64,000 bases of DNA from an uncultured Verrucomicrobiae bacterium (GTDB lineage: Bacteria > Verrucomicrobiota > Verrucomicrobiia > Chthoniobacterales > UBA10450): positions 864,001 through 928,000 of the forward strand of contig CAVTMK010000002.1 in NCBI GenBank assembly GCA_963735805.1, written 5' to 3'. The first letter of the stretch is position 1. Every line of letters begins with the position of its first letter. A program made the position numbers and the translations under genes. Of this stretch, positions 10,705 to 19,771 are shown in pieces. The notes below the pieces were generated by a model. The model saw only the letters and a list, made by a program, of their open reading frames with translations, ran no database searches and had not been told where the DNA came from.

Positions 10705-13700
10705 ATGAACATTTCCGAGCCATTCATTCGTCGACCAGTCGGCACGTCGCTGCTGGCAGCGGGAGTGCTGTTGCTGGGTGCCGTGGCCTATTACTTCTTG
10801 CCGGTGGCTCCGTTGCCGAAAGTCGATTTCCCGACGATCAACGTGAGTGCGCAGGAACCGGGCGTCGATCCTCAGACCGCTGCGTCATCGCTGGCCGCGC
10901 CGCTGGAGCGCCGTTTTGCGCAGATTGCGGGCGTAAATGAAATCACTTCCGTCAGTTCGTTAGGCGGATCGTCGATCACGATTCAGTTCGATCTGAATCG
11001 CGACATCAACGGCGCGGCGCGCGACGTGCAGAGCGCGATCAACGCCGCCTCCGGCGAATTGCCAAGTGGCTTGCCGCAGCCGCCCTCTTATCGTAGACAC
11101 AATCCATCCGACGCGCCGATCATGGTGCTCGCGATGACGTCGGACGCGTTGCCGTTGTCGGAAGTTTACAATCTCGCCGATCAAATCATCGGCCAGCGCA
11201 TTAGCCAGGTGGATGGTGTCAGCCAGGTGCTCATCGGCGGCGGTGCGAACTCCGCCGTGCGTGTGCAGATAAATCCGGTCGCGCTTGCCTCGATGGGTCT
11301 GAGCATGGAAGACATTCGCACGACGCTTTCACAAGCGAATGTCCTTTCACCAAAGGGTGCATTTGACGGTCCGGAGCAGAGATTCGTCATCGCGAGCAAC
11401 GACCAGTTAACTCAGGCCGACCAATATCAGCCGATCATCGTCGCCCATCACAATGGCGCGGCCGTGCCCTTACACGACGTCGGCACGGCAATCGATGCAC
11501 AGGCAAATCGCGACCAGGCCGGCTTGTTTAACAACAAACGCGCTGTCTTGTTAGTCATTTTTAAACAACCGGACGCGAACGTCGTTCGTACCACTGACCA
11601 GATTCACGCGATCCTTCCACAACTCCGCACCTGGCTGCCGGCGAGTGTGCATCTCGATGTCATGAGCGATCGCACAATCACGATCCGCTCGTCTGTGCGC
11701 GATGTGCAGTTGACGCTCGTCATCACCATGGCGCTCGTGGTGATGGTGATGTTTCTCTTCCTGCGCCGGTTCTGGCCGACGTTCATCTCCGGAATTACGA
11801 TGCCGCTCGCGCTCGCGGGCACCTTCGGCGTCATGTGGCTGTGTAGTTACAGCCTCGACAACCTGTCGCTCATGGCGTTGACGGTTTCGACCGGATTCGT
11901 TGTCGATGATGCGATTGTCGTAATCGAAAACATCGTGCGATTCATTGAGAAGGGCGAGCCACCGTTTCAAGCTGCGTTGAAAGGCGCGCGTCAGATTGGC
12001 TTCACCGTCATTTCGATTAGTCTCTCGCTGGTGGCGGTTTTCATTCCGCTGCTTTTCATGAGCGGCTTGATCGGGCGTTTGTTTCACGAATTCGCCGTGA
12101 CGTTGAGCGCCGCAATTCTTATTTCCGGCGTTGTTTCGTTAACGCTCACGCCCATGCTTTGCGGGCGATTTTTGAAAAACGAGGAGCGAAATCGGCAGCG
12201 CGGCGTGATCGATCGACTGAGCGAGCGCGGTTTCAACGCAATGCACGCTTTTTATGAACGCGGCTTGAAGTGGGTCCTCAAACACGAATACACCATGCTC
12301 ATTGTCATCGGGCTGGTGATCATCGCGACAGTTTACCTTTACTTCGTTGTCCCGAAGGGATTTTTCCCGCAGCAGGACACGGGACAGATGATGGGCACTA
12401 CCGAGGCGGCACAGGACATCTCCTTTGAGGCGATGAAAGAAAAGCAGGAGCAGGTCGTGAAAACTGTCATGGCCGATCCCGCTGTGCAGGCCGTCGGCTC
12501 ATTCTTTGGCGGCGGGAGCGGCTCAGCATTGAATAACGGCCGCATGTTCATCAGTTTGAAACCAAAAGGTTCGGGCAAAGGAGAACGCAAAGATGACGCC
12601 GGCACAGTGATCGCACGTCTAAGGGGAAAGCTCTCGAAAATTCCCGGCGCGCAACTTTTTCTCACGGCAAATCAAGACATTCGTGTTGGTGGAAGATCGT
12701 CAAAGGCTCAATACCAATATGCGTTGTCCGATCAAAACATTGATGAGCTGAATTCGTGGGCGCCGAAGCTCGTGAACAAACTTCACGAATATCCGCAGAT
12801 CAAGGACGCCACGAGCGACCAGCAATTTCGCGGATTGCAGGAAACCGTGGTAATCGATCGCGACGCGGCCGCGCGCCTGGGCATTCAACCGCAAGCAGTC
12901 GACAGTACGCTTTACAGCGCCTTCGGTCAGCGGCAGGTCTCGATCATTTACACGCAACAGAATCAATATCACGTCATTCTCGAGGTCGATCCGAAGTTTC
13001 AACTCGATCCGAGTTCGCTCGACAAAATCTACGTCAAATCGAATTCCGGAAGCCAGGTGCCACTAAGCACGATTGCACATTTTCAATTGGACAACACGCC
13101 GCTCTCAGTCAATCACCAGGGCCAGTTTCCATGCGTGACAATCTCCTTTAACACTGCGCAAGGCGTTTCGTTAAGTGAGGCAACGCAAATCGTCGAGCGG
13201 GCGAAACGTGATCTCGGAATGCCATCAAGCATTCGCGGAAATTTCGCCGGCACGGCCCAGGTTGCTCAAGCTTCCTGGGTGACAATGCCGTGGTTGTTTC
13301 TCACAGCGCTCTTAGCCGTTTACATCATCCTGGGAATGCTTTACGAGAGCCTGATCCACCCGATCACGATCCTTTCTACGATACCATCCGCTGGCCTCGG
13401 GGCTCTCTTAGCCATGCTGGTAACCGGCAATGAGCTGGATCTCGTCTCGGTCATCGGAATCATCCTGCTCATTGGGATCGTGAAGAAGAATGCCATCATG
13501 ATGGTCGACTTCGCGCTCGACGCCGAGCGAAATGAGGGACTCTCGCCCGAAGAATCGATCTATCAGGCGTGCCTGGTTCGATTTCGTCCCATCATGATGA
13601 CAACACTGGCCGCAATGTTTGGCGCGTTACCGCTGGCCATCGGCATGGGCGTTGGCAGCGAGCTGCGCAAGCCCCTCGGTGTTGCCATCGTCGGTGGCCT

Positions 13701-13851
13701 CATCGTTTCACAGATATTGACGCTTTACACAACGCCCGTGATTTATCTGGCGCTCGATCAATTGCGACAGCGAAAAAGGAATCGGCCTTCGTCCGCGACC
13801 GATCTTCGGCCGATCAGTTGGCCGCAGACTTCCGGGTCTCCCGCCGGATAA
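10705..13851 (+). CDS. mdtC: RND efflux permease, MdtC-like
   Basis: Paralog of the preceding gene (LPVAPLPKVDFPTI, VVDDAIVVIENI); 1048 aa. Confidence 0.88.
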   Translation: MNISEPFIRRPVGTSLLAAGVLLLGAVAYYFLPVAPLPKVDFPTINVSAQEPGVDPQTAASSLAAPLERRFAQIAGVNEITSVSSLGGSSITIQFDLNRDINGAARDVQSAINAASGELPSGLPQPPSYRRHNPSDAPIMVLAMTSDALPLSEVYNLADQIIGQRISQVDGVSQVLIGGGANSAVRVQINPVALASMGLSMEDIRTTLSQANVLSPKGAFDGPEQRFVIASNDQLTQADQYQPIIVAHHNGAAVPLHDVGTAIDAQANRDQAGLFNNKRAVLLVIFKQPDANVVRTTDQIHAILPQLRTWLPASVHLDVMSDRTITIRSSVRDVQLTLVITMALVVMVMFLFLRRFWPTFISGITMPLALAGTFGVMWLCSYSLDNLSLMALTVSTGFVVDDAIVVIENIVRFIEKGEPPFQAALKGARQIGFTVISISLSLVAVFIPLLFMSGLIGRLFHEFAVTLSAAILISGVVSLTLTPMLCGRFLKNEERNRQRGVIDRLSERGFNAMHAFYERGLKWVLKHEYTMLIVIGLVIIATVYLYFVVPKGFFPQQDTGQMMGTTEAAQDISFEAMKEKQEQVVKTVMADPAVQAVGSFFGGGSGSALNNGRMFISLKPKGSGKGERKDDAGTVIARLRGKLSKIPGAQLFLTANQDIRVGGRSSKAQYQYALSDQNIDELNSWAPKLVNKLHEYPQIKDATSDQQFRGLQETVVIDRDAAARLGIQPQAVDSTLYSAFGQRQVSIIYTQQNQYHVILEVDPKFQLDPSSLDKIYVKSNSGSQVPLSTIAHFQLDNTPLSVNHQGQFPCVTISFNTAQGVSLSEATQIVERAKRDLGMPSSIRGNFAGTAQVAQASWVTMPWLFLTALLAVYIILGMLYESLIHPITILSTIPSAGLGALLAMLVTGNELDLVSVIGIILLIGIVKKNAIMMVDFALDAERNEGLSPEESIYQACLVRFRPIMMTTLAAMFGALPLAIGMGVGSELRKPLGVAIVGGLIVSQILTLYTTPVIYLALDQLRQRKRNRPSSATDLRPISWPQTSGSPAG

Positions 13852-13900
13852 CTTGCCCGCGCTTTCTCGACTTACAGCGGCGCATTGACGGAGCGTCAGT

Positions 13901-13938
13901 GTCCCGAAAATGGAACGGTTAGTTCCCGATCGCGGAAC
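13901..13938. promoter_or_regulatory. Tandem palindromic upstream activator sites (GTCCC-N6-GG(G/A)AC type), copy 1
   Basis: GTCCCGAAAATGGAAC (13901-13916) and TTCCCGATCGCGGAAC (13923-13938) start 22 bp apart, 115 bp before a sigma-54 motif. Confidence 0.7.
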
Positions 13939-14015
13939 GGAACGATCGCATGCTTCGATTGCGGCAGGCGATCCATCATCGTCGTCATCAGGAGCTTACG
14001 TGACGAACTGTTTTC

Positions 14016-14032
14016 TTGGTACGGCACCTGCA
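14016..14032 (+). promoter_or_regulatory. Sigma-54 (-24/-12) promoter
   Basis: TTGGTACGGCACCTGCA has GG and GC at the canonical spacing; 30 bp upstream of ATG 14062. Confidence 0.7.
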
Positions 14033-14061
14033 TAAAGAATTGCATCAACCAGGACACGCTT

Positions 14062-14277
14062 ATGAACAACCAATTCGAATCTACTTACGCTCTGTTGGTA
14101 CGCTCCGAAGAGAAAAGACGCGGAATGCTTGAAGGAGTACTTTATGTCGCCTTCATCTTGAGCGCCATCCTGTTGATCTGGGCATTCGCGCAAAGCCCGA
14201 TCAACATTCAGGCGCCTGGGTTCAACCACTGGACTGTTGCCAAACCAGCGAGGACACACGCAATCTCGCAGAGTTAA
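14062..14277 (+). CDS. Small single-TM hypothetical protein (71 aa)
   Basis: MNNQFESTYALLVRSEEK...VLYVAFILSAILLIWAFAQ; AGGA RBS-like site; lies behind a sigma-54 promoter. Confidence 0.65.
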   Translation: MNNQFESTYALLVRSEEKRRGMLEGVLYVAFILSAILLIWAFAQSPINIQAPGFNHWTVAKPARTHAISQS

Positions 14278-14512
14278 TCGCAACGAAGATAGCGATGTGA
14301 AATACCGTGGCGAGCCAGATGGCTCGGTGCAATCGCGCTCATACTGGCAACGCGCGATACTTGGGTTACCTGGAAGATTTCGGATCGTAATCTTCCCATT
14401 GGCGTTCGCTTTTGCGTCGATGCGATTGACATACCGCCGGAAACGCGGTTGAGAGTTAGCTGGTGACAAGGAATCTCAATCGCGGCTGCAACGAGTGCCG
14501 CGCCCGCAGGAA

Positions 14513-15859
14513 ATGAGCCGAATTCTCATCGCCGACGATCAGCGCGATGTGCTGGAAGCACTTCGCATATTGCTCAAAGGCGAAGGATATCAGACAGAAG
14601 GGGCCACGTCGCTAGCCGGCATCTTCAACTCGCTGGACAAGAAAGAGTATGCGCTGCTGTTGATGGATCTAAATTACGCACGCGACACCACGTCCGGCCA
14701 GGAGGGCTTGTCAGCCATTCCGAGAATCCGGCAGATCGACAGCACTCTGCCAGTTGTTGTGATGACCGCCTGGGCGACGGTTGAGTTGGCCGTGGAAGCA
14801 ATGAAACGCGGTGCGCGCGATTTTGTAACCAAACCGTGGGACAATCAGCGGTTGTTGGCAATCGTGAGGACGCAGATTGAACTCGCATCTGCGCTGCGTC
14901 GCGGACGAAAACTTGAGGCAGAAAACGAACTTCTGCGCGGCACGATGCCAAACTTGATCGCGCAGTCTCCGTCGATGCGGCCTGTGATCGAAATGATTTC
15001 ACGCGTCGCCCCGTCTGATGCCAACATTCTGATCACTGGCGAAAATGGAACCGGGAAAAGCCTTGTCGCGCGGACGATCCATGCTCTTTCGCCGCGAGCA
15101 TCACATGCGATGATCACTGTAAACATGGGCGGCTTATCCGAGACTCTCTTTGAAAGCGAATTGTTTGGTCACGTCAAAGGCGCCTTTACCGACGCGAAGA
15201 CAGATCGAACCGGTAGATTTGAGCTTGCTGATGAGAGCACCCTTTTCTTGGACGAAATCGCAAACATCCCACTTGCTCAACAGGCAAAACTATTGCGCGT
15301 AATCGAAACCGGAGACTTTGAAAGGGTCGGCTCGTCGAAAACTCTACATGCCAACGTGCGCATCATCTCTGCGACGAATGCAAATCTCGATAGCGAAGTG
15401 GCAGCGAGTCGGTTTAGGCAGGACCTGTTGTTCCGCCTGAATACGATCCAGATTACGTTGCCGCCTTTGCGAGAGCGACGGGATGACATCATGCCGCTGG
15501 CCAACAGTTTTCTCGGTCAGCACGCTGAGCGTTATCGGAAGCAAATTGCTGGTTTCGATGAGACAGCGCGAGAACGTCTGCTGCAGCACCGGTTTCCCGG
15601 AAATGTTCGGGAGCTCGATCATATCGTCGAACGCGCAGTGCTTATGACACAAGATCGACAAGTTCGCGCAAGCGATCTGGGCCTGACCAATGGCGGCGGT
15701 GAATCGCGTGACCTTGAGGAGATGAGTCTTGAAGAAGTGGAAGCATTTCTGATTAAGAAGGCGCTAGCCCGCAACGATGGCAACGCGCGCAAAGCGGCGG
15801 AGGCGCTCGGGTTAAGCAGAAGCGCATTCTACCGTCGTCTGCAACAATATGGTCTCTAA
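14513..15859 (+). CDS. Sigma-54-dependent response regulator (NtrC family: REC-AAA+-Fis HTH)
   Basis: ILIADD and LLMDL receiver domain, GENGTGKS, ESELFGHVKGAFTDA (GAFTGA-type loop), FRQDLLFRLN, C-terminal HTH. Confidence 0.95.
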   Translation: MSRILIADDQRDVLEALRILLKGEGYQTEGATSLAGIFNSLDKKEYALLLMDLNYARDTTSGQEGLSAIPRIRQIDSTLPVVVMTAWATVELAVEAMKRGARDFVTKPWDNQRLLAIVRTQIELASALRRGRKLEAENELLRGTMPNLIAQSPSMRPVIEMISRVAPSDANILITGENGTGKSLVARTIHALSPRASHAMITVNMGGLSETLFESELFGHVKGAFTDAKTDRTGRFELADESTLFLDEIANIPLAQQAKLLRVIETGDFERVGSSKTLHANVRIISATNANLDSEVAASRFRQDLLFRLNTIQITLPPLRERRDDIMPLANSFLGQHAERYRKQIAGFDETARERLLQHRFPGNVRELDHIVERAVLMTQDRQVRASDLGLTNGGGESRDLEEMSLEEVEAFLIKKALARNDGNARKAAEALGLSRSAFYRRLQQYGL

Positions 15860-15919
15860 AAATCGCGGATTGGCCGCTCCGGCGAATCACCTTCTTGGCG
15901 ATTGTGGATTGCAGCGTTG

Positions 15920-17254
15920 ATGGCCCGCAAACCCAAAGATCGGCATCGGTTTTCGTTTGAAGGCAGGATCACCTGGCTCACGCTTGCTGCGGTCTTCCCC
16001 GCAATAGTTGTTGCGCTTGGTCTTCTTTGGCTCGGTGACTATAGCGGAAAAGTGCAATGGACGTTAACGATTCTCATTGTTGGTTGTCTTCTTGCGTTCA
16101 TTTCCAGCGCTCGCGAACACACCATTCGCCCCCTTCAAACCATGTCCAATCTGCTGGCGGCACTACGCGAGGGCGATTACTCGATCCGTGCACGCGGCGC
16201 TCGCGAAGGTAGCGCATTGGGAGAAGTGCTTCTGGAAGTTAATTCGCTCGGCGAAACGTTACGTCAACAGCGCCTCGGCGCCTTCGAAGCTACCGCACTG
16301 TTGCGCACGATCATGAGTGAAATCGATGTCGCAGTTTTCACCTTCGATCCCAAACGGCGTTTGCGGCTGGTCAATCGCGCCGGCGAAACTTTGCTAGGCC
16401 AGCCAATGGACAAATTGTTGGGCAAAACAGCAAACGAACTGGCCCTCGACCGATGCCTTGAGGCTGACGAAGATGAACCGCTGACTTTGAATTTCGCCGG
16501 GGGCTCAGGTCGGTGGGGTGTCCGGCGGAGTACGTTTCGCGAAGAGGGTTTGCCGTACGACCTGCTCGTTTTGACGGATCTTAGTCGCACGCTGCGCGAA
16601 GAGGAGCGTCAGGCCTGGCAACGAATCGTGCGTGTCCTTGGCCATGAGATGAACAACTCATTGGCGCCCATCAAATCACTCGCGGCCAGCTTGGAATCAC
16701 TTATGCGACGCGACCCTCTCCCTCCGGATTGGAAAGATGATGCGAGTGCCGGATTGAACTCTATTGCGTCCCGGGCCGATTCGCTTAGCCGTTTCCTGAA
16801 AGCCTACACGCGGTTGACAAAGCTTCCGCCACCCCAAAAGCAGGATGTCGATCTTGGTGAGCTGGTTCAGCGTGTCGTCGACTTGGAACCGAGGCTCAAG
16901 GTGAAGGTTATCCCCGGTGCAAAAACAGTGATTCGCGCGGACGCAGCGCAGATTGAGCAAGCATTAATCAATCTGGTCCATAACGCGGTTGATGCGGCCC
17001 TTGAAACAAACGGCAACGTTGTGATCCAGTGGAGTGAGAAAGACGATCTGGTCGACGTCGTTGTTCAAGACGAAGGCCCTGGGATTATGAATCCTGGGAA
17101 TCTATTCGTGCCGTTTTTCACCACAAAGTCCGACGGTTCGGGAATCGGTCTGCCGCTGAGTCGTCAAATCGCCGAAGCCCATGGCGGCTCGTTGGTGCTA
17201 ACAAATCGGGAACGTGGCAAGGGCGCGGAAGCTTTGCTGCGCTTGCCACTCTAA
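15920..17254 (+). CDS. Sensor histidine kinase (2 TM with a very short loop, HAMP, PAS-like, HisKA, HATPase)
   Basis: VLGHEMNNSLAPI H-box, NLVHNA, DEGPG, FVPFFTTK, GSGIGL. Confidence 0.93.
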   Translation: MARKPKDRHRFSFEGRITWLTLAAVFPAIVVALGLLWLGDYSGKVQWTLTILIVGCLLAFISSAREHTIRPLQTMSNLLAALREGDYSIRARGAREGSALGEVLLEVNSLGETLRQQRLGAFEATALLRTIMSEIDVAVFTFDPKRRLRLVNRAGETLLGQPMDKLLGKTANELALDRCLEADEDEPLTLNFAGGSGRWGVRRSTFREEGLPYDLLVLTDLSRTLREEERQAWQRIVRVLGHEMNNSLAPIKSLAASLESLMRRDPLPPDWKDDASAGLNSIASRADSLSRFLKAYTRLTKLPPPQKQDVDLGELVQRVVDLEPRLKVKVIPGAKTVIRADAAQIEQALINLVHNAVDAALETNGNVVIQWSEKDDLVDVVVQDEGPGIMNPGNLFVPFFTTKSDGSGIGLPLSRQIAEAHGGSLVLTNRERGKGAEALLRLPL

Positions 17255-17270
17255 CCCCTTTGTAAGAACT

Positions 17271-17308
17271 GTCCCAAAGTCGGGACGGCGCCGTCCCACA
17301 ACCCGGAC
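17271..17308. promoter_or_regulatory. Tandem palindromic upstream activator sites, copy 2
   Basis: GTCCCAAAGTCGGGAC (17271-17286, perfect arms) and GTCCCACAACCCGGAC (17293-17308) start 22 bp apart, 114 bp before a sigma-54 motif. Confidence 0.75.
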
Positions 17309-17384
17309 TGGTCGGACTCAGTCATAATTTACTAAATTAAGTTAAGTCTCTCTACCTGCGCATATTACGCTGTACTTCGCGCAG

Positions 17385-17401
17385 TTGGCACGAACATTGC
17401 A
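17385..17401 (+). promoter_or_regulatory. Sigma-54 (-24/-12) promoter of the transporter array
   Basis: TTGGCACGAACATTGCA matches the YTGGCACG-N4-TTGCW consensus exactly. Confidence 0.9.
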
Positions 17402-17426
17402 ATAACTGGTGCCAGCAAAACAAAAA

Positions 17427-17705
17427 ATGAAGTCGATCTCCATAATTGTTGGCAAGAGCAGCAGGTTCCCGCTGGTCGACTGCAATTATCGCCCGATGAC
17501 GCTTGACGGATATCGGGGACGTCGCGTCAGAACCGAGGCGCCGCGTTTTCGGAATATCAGCGGCCAGTATTTTCAAAACGAAGCGCGGTACGATTTTCTG
17601 GTAGAAGCAGTTTGTTTCGCAGTCATCATCATCACTGCAGCCGTGCCGCTGGTAAGCGCGGCAAATGCAGTGGTCGAACTTTGTCGGGCATTTGTTCAGG
17701 TTTGA
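17427..17705 (+). CDS. Small hypothetical protein with a C-terminal TM helix (92 aa)
   Basis: First ORF after the sigma-54 promoter; FRNISGQYFQNEARYDFLVEAVCFAVIIITAAVPLV. Confidence 0.6.
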   Translation: MKSISIIVGKSSRFPLVDCNYRPMTLDGYRGRRVRTEAPRFRNISGQYFQNEARYDFLVEAVCFAVIIITAAVPLVSAANAVVELCRAFVQV

Positions 17706-17784
17706 TTCAACCATGGTTCCTCAGCGAAAATCAAAAGAAGAAACAATTGTGCGGCCGGCCGGATTTACATCGAATCTTTCCTCT

Positions 17785-19038
17785 ATGGACGTACCGCGCG
17801 TAGGTATAGCGGCGAAGAAGCGCAAACGCCGCATCATCATAATCGCTGTCTCCGCGCTTGGTTTGATTCTGGCGACGATAGCCATTTCGCGGCTGAAGCC
17901 AGCAGTGCCCAGCATCGACCGCTCGACCGTCTGGATCGATACCGTTAAACGCGGCCCAATGACGCGCCAGGTACGCGGGCTCGGCACACTCGTGCCGGAG
18001 GATATTCGCTGGATCGCTGCAAACACGGAAGGGCGGGTAGAAAAAATTAATATATGGCCCGGCACACCTGTGGAGCCGGACTCGGTGATTTTGGAATTAA
18101 ACAGCCCCGAATTAGAGCAAGCCGCGCATGACGCGGAATCAAAAGCCACCGCAGCGGAGGCGGACCTAACAAGCGTTCGCGCGACTTTGCAGCGCGAATT
18201 ACTCGATCAGGAATCGAAAACAACCGCCGCGCATGCCGCCTACGAGCAAGCGAACATGGAGCGCCAAACGAATGATCGGCTGGCAAAGAATGGTTTGATT
18301 GCCGAGCTCGACTACAAGAAGTCGAAGATTAAGGAAGAGGAATGCCAGAAGAGCGATGAGATCGAGCAAAAACGCCTGGCATTTTCGCGCGATTCGATCG
18401 AGCCGCAGCTCGCCTCGAAACAAGCCGCAGTCGACCAAGCGAAGCAGCTTGCGAAGCTGAAGCTCGACCAGGTTGAGGCGTTGCACGTCAAAGCCGGAAT
18501 GTCTGGCGTGTTGCAGCAATTGCCGGTGCAAATCGGCCAGCGACTCAAGATAGGAGACAATCTCGCGCGCGTGGCCGATCCAACAAAATTGAAAGCGCAA
18601 GTCAAAATCGCTGAGACGCAGGCGAAAGATATTCAAATTAATCAAAAAGCTGTGATTGATACCCGCAACGGTACCGTCAAGGGTCACGTGACGCGCGTCG
18701 ATCCCGCAGTCGAGCAGGGAACAGTTACCGTCGACGTTGCTTTTGATGAGGCGCTGCCGAAAGGCGCGCGCCCCGATCTTAGCGTGGATGGAACGATCGA
18801 GCTCGAACATCTGGATGACGTGATTTATGTGGGGCGACCGGCATTCGGACAGGAAAACAACACCGTCGGAATGTTTAAACTCATCAATGGCAACGGGGAA
18901 GCGGCGCGCACGCCGGTTAAACTTGGTAAAAGCTCGGTCAACACAATTGAGATTCTAAGCGGCCTCCAACCGGGAGATCAGGTGATTCTCTCAGATACCA
19001 GCGCCTGGGATGGGCACGAACGCATTCGACTCAACTAA
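17785..19038 (+). CDS. Periplasmic adaptor (HlyD/MacA-like membrane fusion protein)
   Basis: Basic N-terminus plus TM helix, VRGLGTLVPE, coiled coil, lipoyl-like halves, GARPDLSVDGTIE. Confidence 0.9.
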   Translation: MDVPRVGIAAKKRKRRIIIIAVSALGLILATIAISRLKPAVPSIDRSTVWIDTVKRGPMTRQVRGLGTLVPEDIRWIAANTEGRVEKINIWPGTPVEPDSVILELNSPELEQAAHDAESKATAAEADLTSVRATLQRELLDQESKTTAAHAAYEQANMERQTNDRLAKNGLIAELDYKKSKIKEEECQKSDEIEQKRLAFSRDSIEPQLASKQAAVDQAKQLAKLKLDQVEALHVKAGMSGVLQQLPVQIGQRLKIGDNLARVADPTKLKAQVKIAETQAKDIQINQKAVIDTRNGTVKGHVTRVDPAVEQGTVTVDVAFDEALPKGARPDLSVDGTIELEHLDDVIYVGRPAFGQENNTVGMFKLINGNGEAARTPVKLGKSSVNTIEILSGLQPGDQVILSDTSAWDGHERIRLN

Positions 19039-19066
19039 TCAGAAATCAGTAATCAGTAACTCGATC

Positions 19067-19765
19067 ATGAACAACGGCTCAGATGCTCTTATACGACTAA
19101 GCAGCGTAACAAAGGTCTTCCTCACTGACGAGGTAGAGACCCATGCACTATCCGGAATCCACCTCGATATTCGGCCTGGCGAATATGTTTCGATCGCTGG
19201 ACCATCGGGCTGCGGCAAGACGACCTTGCTATCAATTCTCGGACTGCTCGATACTCCTTCCGACGGCAGCTACTCACTGAAAGGCCACGAAGTTGCCAAT
19301 CTTTCGTTCGCAGATCGCGCCCGCATTCGCAATCGCGAAATCGGCTTCATTTTTCAAAGCTTCAATCTGATAGGTGATCTCAGTGTGTTTGAGAACGTCG
19401 AGTTACCGCTGACTTATCGCGGAATGGCCGCCAGCGAGCGGAAGTCGTTTGTTACAGGAGCTCTGGAGCGTGTAGGCATGGCGCATCGCGCAAAGCATTT
19501 GCCAAGTCAGCTCTCCGGCGGCCAACAACAACGCGTGGCTGTTGCTAGGGCGCTCGCGGGCAGGCCGGCCATTTTGTTGGCCGACGAACCGACGGGCAAT
19601 CTTGATTCGCGCAACGGCGAAGCGGTGATGCACTTGCTCAAGGAATTGCACGAGAACGGAGCCACAATCTGCATGGTGACGCATGACGAACGTTTCGCGC
19701 AACATGCCGATCGCACGGTCCACTTATTTGATGGCCGTGTGGTAGAAGACAGAATCGCAGCCTGA
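19067..19765 (+). CDS. ABC transporter ATP-binding protein (MacB/LolD type) 1
   Basis: [38 protein letters not shown]. Confidence 0.95.
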   Translation: MNNGSDALIRLSSVTKVFLTDEVETHALSGIHLDIRPGEYVSIAGPSGCGKTTLLSILGLLDTPSDGSYSLKGHEVANLSFADRARIRNREIGFIFQSFNLIGDLSVFENVELPLTYRGMAASERKSFVTGALERVGMAHRAKHLPSQLSGGQQQRVAVARALAGRPAILLADEPTGNLDSRNGEAVMHLLKELHENGATICMVTHDERFAQHADRTVHLFDGRVVEDRIAA

Positions 19766-19771
19766 GGCTGT

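Noticed and set aside
13996..14469. 157-aa minus-strand ORF and 71-aa ORF 14237-14452
   Set aside because: No recognisable motifs, and they overlap the promoter-supported small gene.
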